NCBI GenBank assembly: GCA_045863855.1
Contig: BTVV01000014.1
Span: forward strand, 1 to 64,000
Reading direction: 5' to 3'
DNA: 64,000 nucleotides
Source of the DNA: Planctomycetota bacterium
GTDB lineage: Bacteria; Planctomycetota; SZUA-567; H5-PLA8
The position numbers were made by a program, and so were the translations under genes. Below are positions 39,571 to 51,587 of the stretch, one piece after another (position 1 is the first letter of the stretch; each line of letters starts with the position of its first letter). The notes under the pieces are model-generated. The model made no database searches, was not told the DNA's origin, and saw nothing but the letters and a program-made list of their open reading frames with translations.

Positions 39571-41020
39571 GCAGGCGTTTGGCTTCTTCGGCGGCTTCGG
39601 TTCCGGCGTGGTTCTGAATCAGGTCTTCCAAAACCGGGCGCGCTTGGTCTTTCAATCCATTGGCCAGGTAATTCTTCGCAGTCTTCAGCTTCCGTATGGC
39701 ATCGCGTTCGCTCGCTTTGGTTTCCAGCGAGGCCATGAGTGTCTTGTCGGCGCGAATCTTGGCGGCGGCTTCGGCGGCGCTCTTCGCATGCGCCGTATCC
39801 GGATACGCCTGAACCACTTTGTCGTAGACCTCCAGGGCGCGAAGGTAAGCTTTGTCCGCTTCGAACTTGCGGGCCTGGGTTAACGCCGCTTCGGCCGAGG
39901 CTTCGGCTTCCTGCTTCGCAACGCCGGCCTTGATCGCCGGGTCGTTGACGAGGGCGTTCATGCGATCCTGGGCCTGCTGTCCGGTTGGAAGCCCCTGGAA
40001 ACGCTTTGAGGCCTCACGGAAAGCCGCGATCGCCGTGGCGTGCTGGCCTTGCTTGGCTTGCGCTTCGGCGCTTTCGAGGGCCGTGCGAGCTTCGGCCTCG
40101 ATCTTGGCGCGCAGTTCCAGCGCCTGCTTCACTTCGGGCGCATCGGCAGGGAGGTTCAGCGCGTCTTCCGTCAGCTTGAAGACTTCGGCGAAGCGTTGCG
40201 CATCGGCGGCTTTGGCCGCCGCATCGAGCTTGGGCTTGAATTCCGCCAACCGCGCGCGTTCCACGCGGTGGAGTTGGTCGTACAGCCATTCGAAGATGAG
40301 CTTCTTGGCTTTCGGGCCGATGCTGTGACCTTGCCCTTCGATTTTATGAAAGACCACGCTGCGGTAGCCCGCCTTCTTGAGATTGGCTTCGGCTGCGACG
40401 CCGTCGGGCCCTAAGTTGGCGAGGTTCCACTCGCCGTCGCCGACTTCGATGAACCAGGGCAGGTCGAGCGGGTAACGCTTGTCGGGAACGATCATGCTCC
40501 AGCAGTTCGCGCCGGTCAGAAATACGCCGCCGGTAAACGGGCTCTTCGGCGCCTTGCGATCTTGATACAGCCAGAGGTACGTCCATGCGCACGCGCCACC
40601 GGCCGAGAAGCCATTCAGGTACACGTTGGACGTATCGATGCTGTAGGCGGCGAATACCTCGTCCAGAATCGCGTCGATTTTTTTGCCGGTAGCCTGCTCA
40701 CTGCGCGTCCAGTTGCCGTGGTTGAAGGTAGGCGCAACGACGATGTACTCGCTGCCGCTTAACTTACGTCCTCCGTCCAGCGCCGTACCGTCGGGATTCC
40801 ACATCGTCGCAAAGTGCTGCCCGTTGCCTCCCGAGCCGTGAATCGAGAAGAGCAGCGGGTACTTGCGTTCGGGTTTGTAATCGCCCGGGACCTTCATCCA
40901 GTACTCTTGCCCTGGATCGTCCTTAAGCGTGAGTTTGAAATGCCCCGTCTGTGCGGCCCATGTGGACGGGATCGCACTCAGGCACAGCAAGCTCCAAAGC
41001 ACCAGACGAGTATGCAACAT
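39560..41020 (-). CDS. Secreted esterase (alpha/beta hydrolase) with C-terminal helical repeats
   Basis: Signal peptide; YPLLFSIHGSGG, GFSAGG, GQGH; Ala/Glu/Lys helical tail. Confidence 0.85.
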   Translation of the reverse strand: MLHTRLVLWSLLCLSAIPSTWAAQTGHFKLTLKDDPGQEYWMKVPGDYKPERKYPLLFSIHGSGGNGQHFATMWNPDGTALDGGRKLSGSEYIVVAPTFNHGNWTRSEQATGKKIDAILDEVFAAYSIDTSNVYLNGFSAGGACAWTYLWLYQDRKAPKSPFTGGVFLTGANCWSMIVPDKRYPLDLPWFIEVGDGEWNLANLGPDGVAAEANLKKAGYRSVVFHKIEGQGHSIGPKAKKLIFEWLYDQLHRVERARLAEFKPKLDAAAKAADAQRFAEVFKLTEDALNLPADAPEVKQALELRAKIEAEARTALESAEAQAKQGQHATAIAAFREASKRFQGLPTGQQAQDRMNALVNDPAIKAGVAKQEAEASAEAALTQARKFEADKAYLRALEVYDKVVQAYPDTAHAKSAAEAAAKIRADKTLMASLETKASERDAIRKLKTAKNYLANGLKDQARPVLEDLIQNHAGTEAAEEAKRLLKS

Positions 41021-41336
41021 CGATTAGTCCTCGTGTACTTGATCCGTTCTGGATGGCGCAGCCGAACTTGGACTCAAACATTCAGCTTGCTTGGATGACG
41101 TATTCACCAGGAAGTTTGCCGCACTTAAATGAGTTAACCTTTTTGGGATGATCCTTTTGTATAGGGTTCTAAAGGCGTGTCATTTTGACTTGATAGGGAT
41201 GGGGCGGGTTGAATGAAGGGATGTTGGGCTAACAATTAAAGCCATTTTATATAAGGAGTTACATATTAGTACCGCGCTTGGTGCGCTGGTACGAAGGTTG
41301 TTAGGTATTCCGTTGCAAGATTAAGGAGGAAATGAG

Positions 41337-43910
<2,574 letters not shown>

Positions 43911-43915
43911 GTAAA

Positions 43916-43943
43916 GGCGATTGCGGAATGCGGATTTCGGATT
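43916..43943 (+). repeat. Degenerate heptamer tandem repeat
   Basis: GGCGATT GCGGAAT GCGGATT TCGGATT. Confidence 0.55.
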
Positions 43944-44379
43944 GAAAGGCAAGCACAGGGCGATTGGCATCCATGCAGGCGGCGAGAAGCGCCGTGCCTT
44001 GCGGACGCTTATCTTACGCCACCCGCACTAAGCGTAATTATTCGTTAGCTACTCGTGCTTGGTATACCAATCGCTCAACGCATGTTAAATCGGGCCTGCC
44101 GAACGTTCTTCGATAATCCCAACAGTCTCCAAGAGCTTATAGACGCCTTCGGAGTCTGATGCTCCATCTTGCCGAACATAGATAGGCTCCGACCTGCGAA
44201 GCGCCGCTGAGCGCATCACGACGTCTGACCGACAGAAATGACGCTTCATGGTCCAGTCTGTATACCTGCGTGCCTTCCTCGATTGGCGCTCAACTTCTCG
44301 CGCGGTGTGGTGTATCTCAAGAGCCGTGAATCGTGACTGGGTGCCGTTCGTCCCGCTTTCGGACAGGGAGCTTTCGATC

Positions 44380-47004
44380 ATGCTGCGTGGAGTCATGCTG
44401 GTTCTCGGGCTGTACCTGGCGGTGGCCATGGTAGCCGCGGAGGAGGATCCCTCTGCCGTGGTCCAGGATTTCGAGCAGGCGTTCGAAATCAGCAAATGGC
44501 CGCCGGAGAAACCGGGCGAGATCGCGTTCTCGAAGGATTGGAAGGCCGACGGTGCACATTCACTGCGCATCGACGCGGGACTGATGGCGGCGTTGAGCAC
44601 GCTGAAGCTGAAAGACTGGAACGGGTATTCGGTGCTGCGCATACGCGTCAATAACCCTACCGACAAGACCGTGAGCATCGGCTTCGAACTGCAGGACCAG
44701 CATGGACACTTTCACGAACGGCACCAGAACGGCTTCGGCGTTCAACCGGGCGAGCATACGATCGAACTGGATTTCAGCGGCGGGCTGTGGCGCGGCGAAG
44801 AGAACAAGCCGTACCGGGGCAAGATCAAGACGCCGATCGACGTGGGCCGCATCACGCGGGTGAGCTTCACCAACGGCGGCGAGGGCGCCATTTTCCTCGA
44901 CCGGATGGAAGTGGTGAAGGTGAAGAAACTCGAGACGCCCGGCGGCTTCGCGTTCGATTTCGGCAAAACGGGCCACCAGGTGATGGGCCAGTATCTCGGC
45001 GTGCACGAGAATACGATGTACGAAGATCAGCGCGGCTACGGGATGCTGGGCGGGCGGCCATCGGTCCTGAACAAAGCCACGTCGTACCCCACGCCGCTGT
45101 TGGGGGACGGGTTGGGCTTCAATGCGGGGGGCTTTCGCGTCAAGCTGACCGGCGGCGATTACCTGGGCTGGGTGGCCTACGAACGCAGCGGGTTCTGGGA
45201 GGAAGAGCATTGCGCGTATACGCGCGCGGCGTTGCAGGTGAACGGCGCGGCGGTGCACGAACACGACTTCGCGCTCAGTGCAGCTCATTTCCTCCTTCAA
45301 GACACGGAGATTACGGACCTCGCGCAGTTATCCGAAAAGCTGATCTGGCCGGCGTCGGGCGTTGCCACCTTTAAGTTCAAAGCCGCGGCGGGCGAGAATA
45401 CCTTCACGCTCGATGTGAAAGACTCCCGGCACCTGCCGCTGCGCGTGGCGGGGCTGATCCTCGCACCGGATACGGCGGAAGGCCGCGCGTTCCTCGATGC
45501 GCACGTGGCGCTGCAGAAGAAGACGATCGCAACGATCTACGCTCCGCAAGACCGCGGCCGGCGCAAAGATCGTTCGGCGCCCGCCAAGCCTCTGGTTGCC
45601 GAACCGCTCGAACCCGGAGCGCAGATGTATCCGCGCGACTGGCCGTCGAAGCCCGAAGGCGCGCCGATTCCCGAGTTGACGGCCGTGACCGGGCAGAAGG
45701 TGACGGTGCAGTTAGGGGTTTACGCCACCCAGGAGTTGGCTCTGACGGCGAGCGGTTCTGCGCTTAAGGGCCCCGGCGAACTTCCCGTACCGCAGGTCGC
45801 GCACGGGCGCTACATGCCGCAGCGAACGTACGGCGTAGGCGCGGTCTGGCTGGATGTGAATCACTTCCGGCCCGAACCGAGTTTCACGTGCGGTCCCGAG
45901 GTAAGCCGACCCGTGTTGTTCGAGTACGACGTGCCGGCCGATGCGAAGGCCGGCGTTTACACGGGTACGGTGACGTTGGCGGGGGGCGGCGAGAAGCTGG
46001 ACCTGCCGGTCAAGTTGAACGTCGTGGCCATGAAGCTCGCCGGGATTCCGCGACCGGTGGGTCTGTTCAAAAACGCGTTGCCTTTCGGTCCGGAGACGGT
46101 GGGCGAAGACACGTGGTGGAGTTTGCAGGAGAGCCTGCTGCAAGAACAAGGCCGCGCAGGTCTGACCTGCACTTCCGGAGGGCCCGGACTCGATATTCGC
46201 TTGTCGAACGGAAAGATGGAAGGAGCCGCGGCCGTGAAGTATCTCAAGCTGGCGGCGCAATACGGAATGGATAAAGGCTTTACGAATTACGGCGGATATA
46301 CGAACCGATTGCATCAAGGCGCGGGCGACCCGCAGGCACTGGCGGCTGGGATGAAGGCCTTCGAGCAGGAGCACGGCCTGCCCCCGTTTTTCTGGTACAG
46401 CTACGACGAACCCGGAACCGACGCGGAAAAGCAACGCGTGCTGGCCTACCTGGCCCCGTACACGAAGGCCGGGCTGCGCACCATCGGCTACACGAGCGTC
46501 CATCGCGGCGACAAACTGTGGGAAGAATTGGTTGCGAGCAGCTACGCACCGGCGGTGAATATTCATGACGCGAAGTGGCTGCAGGAGATGAGCGCGGCGG
46601 GCAAGCATCCGTGGGTCTACAACAACGGGCTGGTCCGGTACGGACAGGGGATTCACCTCTGGCGTAATTTCAAGCTGGGAGCCGAAGGGCGGATGGACTG
46701 GATCGGGATCTTCACGCAGGGTTTCGCATTCCACAACCTGGATAGCCGCGAGCCGTCGTTTCCGTGCTTTCTGGTGCACGAGAAGCTGGGCGCATTGAAG
46801 ACGCCGGCTTGGCTGAGCGTGCGCGAGGGCCTGCTGGACGCGCGCATCCGATACACGCTGGAGCAGGCGGCGAAGCCGGACGATCCGGCGCTGCAGGTGT
46901 GGAGCGTAGAGGGCTACCGTGCCGACGAGGCGAAATGGACGAACGAGGCGCTGACGCAGGCTCGCATGGCGATGCTGAAGCGGTTGCAGGAATTGGCGAA
47001 GTAG
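44380..47004 (+). CDS. Secreted putative glycoside hydrolase (CBM-like N-terminus, GH123/DUF4091-like C-terminus)
   Basis: Signal peptide; beta-sandwich N-terminus; AGVYTGTVTL Ig-like linker; YSYDEPG; W..VREGLLD. Confidence 0.7.
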   Translation: MLRGVMLVLGLYLAVAMVAAEEDPSAVVQDFEQAFEISKWPPEKPGEIAFSKDWKADGAHSLRIDAGLMAALSTLKLKDWNGYSVLRIRVNNPTDKTVSIGFELQDQHGHFHERHQNGFGVQPGEHTIELDFSGGLWRGEENKPYRGKIKTPIDVGRITRVSFTNGGEGAIFLDRMEVVKVKKLETPGGFAFDFGKTGHQVMGQYLGVHENTMYEDQRGYGMLGGRPSVLNKATSYPTPLLGDGLGFNAGGFRVKLTGGDYLGWVAYERSGFWEEEHCAYTRAALQVNGAAVHEHDFALSAAHFLLQDTEITDLAQLSEKLIWPASGVATFKFKAAAGENTFTLDVKDSRHLPLRVAGLILAPDTAEGRAFLDAHVALQKKTIATIYAPQDRGRRKDRSAPAKPLVAEPLEPGAQMYPRDWPSKPEGAPIPELTAVTGQKVTVQLGVYATQELALTASGSALKGPGELPVPQVAHGRYMPQRTYGVGAVWLDVNHFRPEPSFTCGPEVSRPVLFEYDVPADAKAGVYTGTVTLAGGGEKLDLPVKLNVVAMKLAGIPRPVGLFKNALPFGPETVGEDTWWSLQESLLQEQGRAGLTCTSGGPGLDIRLSNGKMEGAAAVKYLKLAAQYGMDKGFTNYGGYTNRLHQGAGDPQALAAGMKAFEQEHGLPPFFWYSYDEPGTDAEKQRVLAYLAPYTKAGLRTIGYTSVHRGDKLWEELVASSYAPAVNIHDAKWLQEMSAAGKHPWVYNNGLVRYGQGIHLWRNFKLGAEGRMDWIGIFTQGFAFHNLDSREPSFPCFLVHEKLGALKTPAWLSVREGLLDARIRYTLEQAAKPDDPALQVWSVEGYRADEAKWTNEALTQARMAMLKRLQELAK

Positions 47005-47051
47005 GGCGGCGGCGGCCGCCGATTTTCAAGTCTTCGGGGGAGGGAGGGCAT

Positions 47052-47549
47052 TTAGGAGAATTCCCAGTGAAGTTCTTTACTTTGAAGCCATGGCCGCGTT
47101 CCAAAGGACCACCTGGTTTCGTTAATCCATTTGACGATCATTTCGCGAGCTTCACCGGATGAAGTTCGATCCCAGTGCGGGTAATCCGGTTCACGCAGGA
47201 GCCAATGGTAGAGCTTTTCCCATGCGGTCTCGAGGGCGTTGTGCTTTGCGATTTGCCAATTATTCTCGTGATAAAGCTTATGAATCTGGAGGCGTAGAAG
47301 CGCCATTTCGAATTCTTCCGATTCTACATTCGGACCCATGGGTTCTTGCCTCATGGCATACAAGACAGCTCTTAAATAATAGGAGTTGAGATCGGCAAGA
47401 AGAAATCGATCGGCTCGATGGGCGTCAATCCAGGCATACAATCGGTCCCACCGCACTTGGAAGTAATCGGCTTTTACGCGTGAAGTGCGCGCCTCGCGCT
47501 GGGCGGCTTCAAAGCGCTTTCGAAGTTCGACAAGCCCTGGATTGAGCAT
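47052..47549 (-). CDS. Trp-rich helical hypothetical protein (paralog 2)
   Basis: SD GGAGG; similar to the upstream ORF. Confidence 0.7.
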   Translation of the reverse strand: MLNPGLVELRKRFEAAQREARTSRVKADYFQVRWDRLYAWIDAHRADRFLLADLNSYYLRAVLYAMRQEPMGPNVESEEFEMALLRLQIHKLYHENNWQIAKHNALETAWEKLYHWLLREPDYPHWDRTSSGEAREMIVKWINETRWSFGTRPWLQSKELHWEFS

Positions 47550-47585
47550 GTGCAGTGTCCTCCGCACGGTTCGCACGATTGGGGA

Positions 47586-48068
47586 CTAAAATGCAAACTG
47601 CGGAAAATCGTCCATATGTCCGAACTTGGCATACCAATCCCAAATCCATCCGCGAACGACGTACAACGCCTCGGTCCCGTTCTTGCGATTCCAATGTTCT
47701 AGTTGGGCTTCGGTTTGCGCCCAAGCCTGCAGGGTCATCCAGGACGTTTCGTAGCGATCTTGCTGTTCACGCAGGCGCTCGAGCGTCCGCGACTGGTAGG
47801 CAATTCGGCGCAAAGCTAAGTGCTCTTGAAATCGGCCGTGGATAAGATCCGGACCGCTGTCGTCGTAGGTGAGCGCTGCGGCAAAATGGCGGAGTACCAT
47901 AGGTCCCGGTATGCCTGCAAACGCATCGGTCGGTTCTTGCGCTAACCACCAGGCCTCCAACCGCAACCAGCGCTGAATCAGTCGATCGGTCTCACGCCTG
48001 AGTCGTTCGCATTCGCTCTCTAACTTTCGAACTTCGGAGTGCCATTGGGGCCGGGCGGATGCGGACAT
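47586..48068 (-). CDS. Trp-rich helical hypothetical protein (paralog 1)
   Basis: SD GGAGG before MSASAR; similar to the downstream ORF. Confidence 0.7.
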   Translation of the reverse strand: MSASARPQWHSEVRKLESECERLRRETDRLIQRWLRLEAWWLAQEPTDAFAGIPGPMVLRHFAAALTYDDSGPDLIHGRFQEHLALRRIAYQSRTLERLREQQDRYETSWMTLQAWAQTEAQLEHWNRKNGTEALYVVRGWIWDWYAKFGHMDDFPQFAF

Positions 48069-48137
48069 GTCGCGCCTCCAGGATGAGTGAAAGAGTTTCC
48101 GTTTCGTGTCTTGCACTCGTGCATAGGTAATCCCATA

Positions 48138-48154
48138 GACAGGGTGCCTGTCAA
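48138..48154 (-). promoter_or_regulatory. Palindrome overlapping a TTGACA hexamer
   Basis: GACAGG-GTG-CCTGTC (48138-48152); minus-strand TTGACA at 48154-48149. Confidence 0.45.
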
Positions 48155-48220
48155 CGCTTCGCCCGAATTATCGGACGTTTTTTGCAATTAATTCCAACTC
48201 TAGCAGCGAACGCTGAAAGA

Positions 48221-49291
48221 CTACGAATCTTCCAGGCTGCGGCGCTGCCTTTGAGCTTTGTGAATTTGCTTCCAGCGCCGCTTCACGTTCAAGGCCAGTT
48301 GGGGATCGGCTTGGCGCGTCTGGAACGCGGCTTCTCGCCGCAGCTTTTCGAAGTTGGACCAGCGTCCGGGCTCAAGCTGGCCGCTTTCCAAGGCGGCTCG
48401 GACCGCGCAGCCAGGCTCGGCCTGGTGGCGGCAGTCGCGAAAGCGGCAATGCAGAGCAAGGGCTTCCACGTCCTGGAAGGCCTCGCCGATACCGCCGCCC
48501 TCCGCGAGTCCCAGTTCGCGCATGCCGGGCGTGTCGATCAGCAGCGCGCCGCCGGGCAGGCGGTGCATCTGGCGGGCGGTGGTGGTGTGGCGGCCCTTGT
48601 CGTCGTTACCGATGGAGCGGACTTCGGCCGCGGCGATGCCGAGCAGGCGGTTGACGAGGGTGCTCTTGCCCACGCCGGACGAGCCCAGCAGCACCGCGGT
48701 GGCGCCCGGGGCGAGCCACGCGGCAAGGGCGCTCATCCCTGAACCGCTTATCGCGCTGAGCGCCACGGCGCAGACGCCGCAGGCGCGTTCGACTTCCGCC
48801 GCCGCGTGGGCAGGATCGGGATGCAGATCGGCCTTGGTCAGGACCACGACCGGATCAGCGCCGCTTTCGGCGGCCAGCGCCAGGTAGCGTTCGAGCCGGC
48901 GCGGGTTGAATTCCTGATTCAGCGAAGTGGCCAGAATCGCCACGTCCACGTTGGCCACGATGGGCTGCACGCCACCCCGTGCGGCGGGAGCGCGCCGAAC
49001 GAAAACGCCGCGGCGTTCGAATACGCGCTCGATGCGCGCGTGCCCTCCGCCGGGCACGAGGCTCAATTCCACCCAGTCGCCCACGACCGGACGCGCGTTT
49101 ACGTCGTGTTCGGCCGCGGCCTTCAGCCGGCCGGACAGTTCGGCCTTTGCCGCGCTTTCCGCGCCCGCGATTTCGTACAACGTCCGGTGCTCGGCGACGA
49201 TCCGGGCCAAGCGGCCCGGCAACGTTCGTTCCCCGGTCGTCTGTGCTTCGAAGAACGGATTCCAGCCCCACGCTTCCATGCTTTCGTTCAC
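48221..49291 (-). CDS. rsgA: Ribosome small subunit-dependent GTPase A
   Basis: PVVGDWV, ANVD, TKAD, GSSGVGKST, GRHTTT, DTPG, CRFRDCRH..EPGC. Confidence 0.95.
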   Translation of the reverse strand: MNESMEAWGWNPFFEAQTTGERTLPGRLARIVAEHRTLYEIAGAESAAKAELSGRLKAAAEHDVNARPVVGDWVELSLVPGGGHARIERVFERRGVFVRRAPAARGGVQPIVANVDVAILATSLNQEFNPRRLERYLALAAESGADPVVVLTKADLHPDPAHAAAEVERACGVCAVALSAISGSGMSALAAWLAPGATAVLLGSSGVGKSTLVNRLLGIAAAEVRSIGNDDKGRHTTTARQMHRLPGGALLIDTPGMRELGLAEGGGIGEAFQDVEALALHCRFRDCRHQAEPGCAVRAALESGQLEPGRWSNFEKLRREAAFQTRQADPQLALNVKRRWKQIHKAQRQRRSLEDS

Positions 49292-49470
49292 GCTCGGCGC
49301 TCCGCTTAGCGATTGATGAATCGCACGCAAGCATGCCCGCGCCGCAAGCCGACGCTCACGACGGACGTGAGGGCTCGGCGCGGACGCGTGCAAGCGTGCG
49401 TGCAGTCAGATCGGAGAGAAGCGGAACCGCCGGGCGAGCGCGCCCGGCATGCGAAAGCGTAAGCTTGCGC

Positions 49471-49527
49471 TTACGAAGCGTGCCCTGCGCCGGCGGGTCC
49501 GCGTACGGCAGTCGCGTTTTTGTTCAT
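49471..49527 (-). CDS. Candidate leader peptide MNKNATAVRGPAGAGHAS
   Basis: GGAGG at 49541-49537, ATG 49527; TAA lies inside a GCAA-capped hairpin. Confidence 0.45.
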   Translation of the reverse strand: MNKNATAVRGPAGAGHAS

Positions 49528-49578
49528 AATTTGGACCCTCCGGAGTTGGCCTTCGCTCATGCGAAGGAAGTGCGGGAA

Positions 49579-50544
49579 CTAAACCACATGTTCGTGCGTT
49601 GTCAACTCGGCAGGCTCGTGCGCGTACAAGTGTTTTGCGAGTTCCACGAGTTTGGCGTCCCGCCAGCGCTCGAGTTCCTCTACACCGCGGCCGGCAAGGT
49701 GCGCGTCCATCTGTTTGAGCACTTCGTGTTTCGCGGCTTCGGGCACGCGGTCCCAGCGCGCCAGATCGGCCATGTAAACTTCCAGGGCGGGGCCAAGGTG
49801 CTCGAAGAAGTTTCGATATCCGCCGGGGCCGCCGGCGAGATGGTAGGTGAGGTGCTGGCCCATGAACGCCCAGCGCAGGCCCGGACCGGCGTAGAGGGCT
49901 TTGTCGACGTCTTCCAGACTCGCGACGCCGCGCGCGACAAGGTCGATGGCTTCGCGCCAGACGGCCGTCGCCAAGCGATTGGCGAGATGGCCGGGAACCT
50001 CCTGGTTGAGCGTGACGGGGATTTTGCCGAGCGCGGCATAGAATTCGTGCGCTTTGCGCAAGCATTCGGGAGCGGTGCGCGGCCCGCCGACCAGTTCGAC
50101 GAGCGGAATCAGGTGCACGGGATTGAACGGATGCGCAATCAAGAAGCGTTCGGGATGCGTCCAGCTTTCCTGCATGCGGCTGGCGAGCAAGCCCGAAGTA
50201 CTGCTGGCGACGAGGGCATCCGCGGGTGCGAAACGTTCGATCGTTTCGTGCGCCTCGCGCTTGACCGCGTAATCCTCGAGCACCGACTCATGCACGAAAG
50301 CCGCGTTTGCCAAGGCGGTATCCGGATTCGGACAGAGGTGGATGCGTTCGATGGCGGCAGGCGCGTAAACGTCTTCCCAAGAGGTGAGGATGCGAATGGC
50401 CTTCTTGCAGCCGGAGGCCAGCGCTTCGGCGCTGCGGTCGTAAAGGCGTACGTCCAGGCCTCGGGCGGCGAAGAGCGCGGCCCAACTGGCGCCGATGGTG
50501 CCGGCTCCAAAGACGGTGACCGATCGGATCGGGGCGGAAGACAT
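49579..50544 (-). CDS. 3-hydroxyacyl-CoA dehydrogenase family (L-carnitine/L-gulonate dehydrogenase-like)
   Basis: GAGTIGASWA, SSTSG, AHPFNPVHLIPLVE, GHLANRL, GPGLRWA. Confidence 0.9.
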   Translation of the reverse strand: MSSAPIRSVTVFGAGTIGASWAALFAARGLDVRLYDRSAEALASGCKKAIRILTSWEDVYAPAAIERIHLCPNPDTALANAAFVHESVLEDYAVKREAHETIERFAPADALVASSTSGLLASRMQESWTHPERFLIAHPFNPVHLIPLVELVGGPRTAPECLRKAHEFYAALGKIPVTLNQEVPGHLANRLATAVWREAIDLVARGVASLEDVDKALYAGPGLRWAFMGQHLTYHLAGGPGGYRNFFEHLGPALEVYMADLARWDRVPEAAKHEVLKQMDAHLAGRGVEELERWRDAKLVELAKHLYAHEPAELTTHEHVV

Positions 50545-50555
50545 GGGGCGGCTCC

Positions 50556-51488
50556 TTAGAATGCGACTTGGTTTTTGCCCTTTAACTCGAGCATGCGGCG
50601 CGCGTCATCTGGGCGCGCAATTTCGAGCGAAAGCGAGTTCAGAATGCCGCGTATCTTGCGCACCTGGTCGGCGTTGGAGCGCGCCAGTTCGCCAGGACCG
50701 AGGTAGAGGCTGTCTTCGAGGCCCACGCGCACGTGGCTGCCGCGCAGCGCTCCGGCGGTGGCGAGAGGCATCTGATGCCGCCCCGCGCCAAGGACCGACC
50801 AGTGTAAGGCGTTACCGAACAGGCGCGTGGCGGTCTGCGCCATGAAGTTCAGGCATTCCATTTCAGGCCCGATGCCGCCCAAAATTCCAAAAATGGTTTG
50901 GATGAACAGAGGCGGACGGACGAGTTTTCGATCCAGAAAATGAGCTAAATTATAGAGGTGTCCCGCATCGTAACATTCGAACTCGAATTTCGTACCGCAG
51001 CCTTCACCGAGGTCTTTCAGGATCCGTTCGATGTCGGCAAAGGTGTTCTTGAAGATGAAGTCCTTGCTGCCGGAGAGGTACCCTTGCTCCCAATCGTGCT
51101 TCCACTCCCGAGGCTTTTCGAGCATCGGGTAGAGCCCGAAGTTCATCGAGCCCATATTCAGCGAACACATTTCGGGCTTCGCGCGCAACGCCGCTTGCAA
51201 GCGGTCGGTGACGGTCATGTTCTGCCCGCCGCCGGTGGTGATGTTGATGACGGCGTCGGTGGCGCGCTTGATCTCGGGAAGGAAGGCCAAGAAGGCGTCC
51301 GGATCGGGGGAGGGGCGGCCATCGAGCGGGTCGCGCGCGTGGAGGTGGAGAATGGAGGCTCCGGCCTCGGCGGCGGCGATGGCTTCGGACGCGATCCGCT
51401 CGGCGGTGACCGGCAGGTGCGGGGACATGCTGGGTGTATGGACGCTGCCGGTGATGGCGCAGGTGACGATGACGGGGCGGGGGGGCAT
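50556..51488 (-). CDS. Beta-keto acid cleavage enzyme (BKACE/Kce family)
   Basis: IVTCAITG, ILHLHARD, SLNMGSMNF, EFECYD, HVRVGLED; SD AGGAGG. Confidence 0.93.
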   Translation of the reverse strand: MPPRPVIVTCAITGSVHTPSMSPHLPVTAERIASEAIAAAEAGASILHLHARDPLDGRPSPDPDAFLAFLPEIKRATDAVINITTGGGQNMTVTDRLQAALRAKPEMCSLNMGSMNFGLYPMLEKPREWKHDWEQGYLSGSKDFIFKNTFADIERILKDLGEGCGTKFEFECYDAGHLYNLAHFLDRKLVRPPLFIQTIFGILGGIGPEMECLNFMAQTATRLFGNALHWSVLGAGRHQMPLATAGALRGSHVRVGLEDSLYLGPGELARSNADQVRKIRGILNSLSLEIARPDDARRMLELKGKNQVAF

Positions 51489-51502
51489 GGCCGGCCTCCT
51501 GG

Positions 51503-51547
51503 GTTTCCCTACAAGAAACACTGTATCTTGAAAAGAAACGATGTCAA
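51503..51547 (-). promoter_or_regulatory. Promoter of the BKACE operon with tandem operators
   Basis: TTGACA-N16-TACAGT on minus strand; GTTTC-N7-GAAAC (51503-51519) and GTATC-N7-GAAAC (51523-51539). Confidence 0.7.
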
Positions 51548-51587
51548 GGGACCGGCTGCTCGAATCTTTACGCTTCGCCTGCAAGCA

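Noticed and set aside
41265..41295. CIRCE element upstream of clpB
   Set aside because: TTAGTACC...GGTACGAA does not fit TTAGCACTC-N9-GAGTGCTAA.
44085..44678. 197-aa minus-strand ORF
   Set aside because: Half is antisense to the secreted hydrolase and the rest has no recognisable motif.
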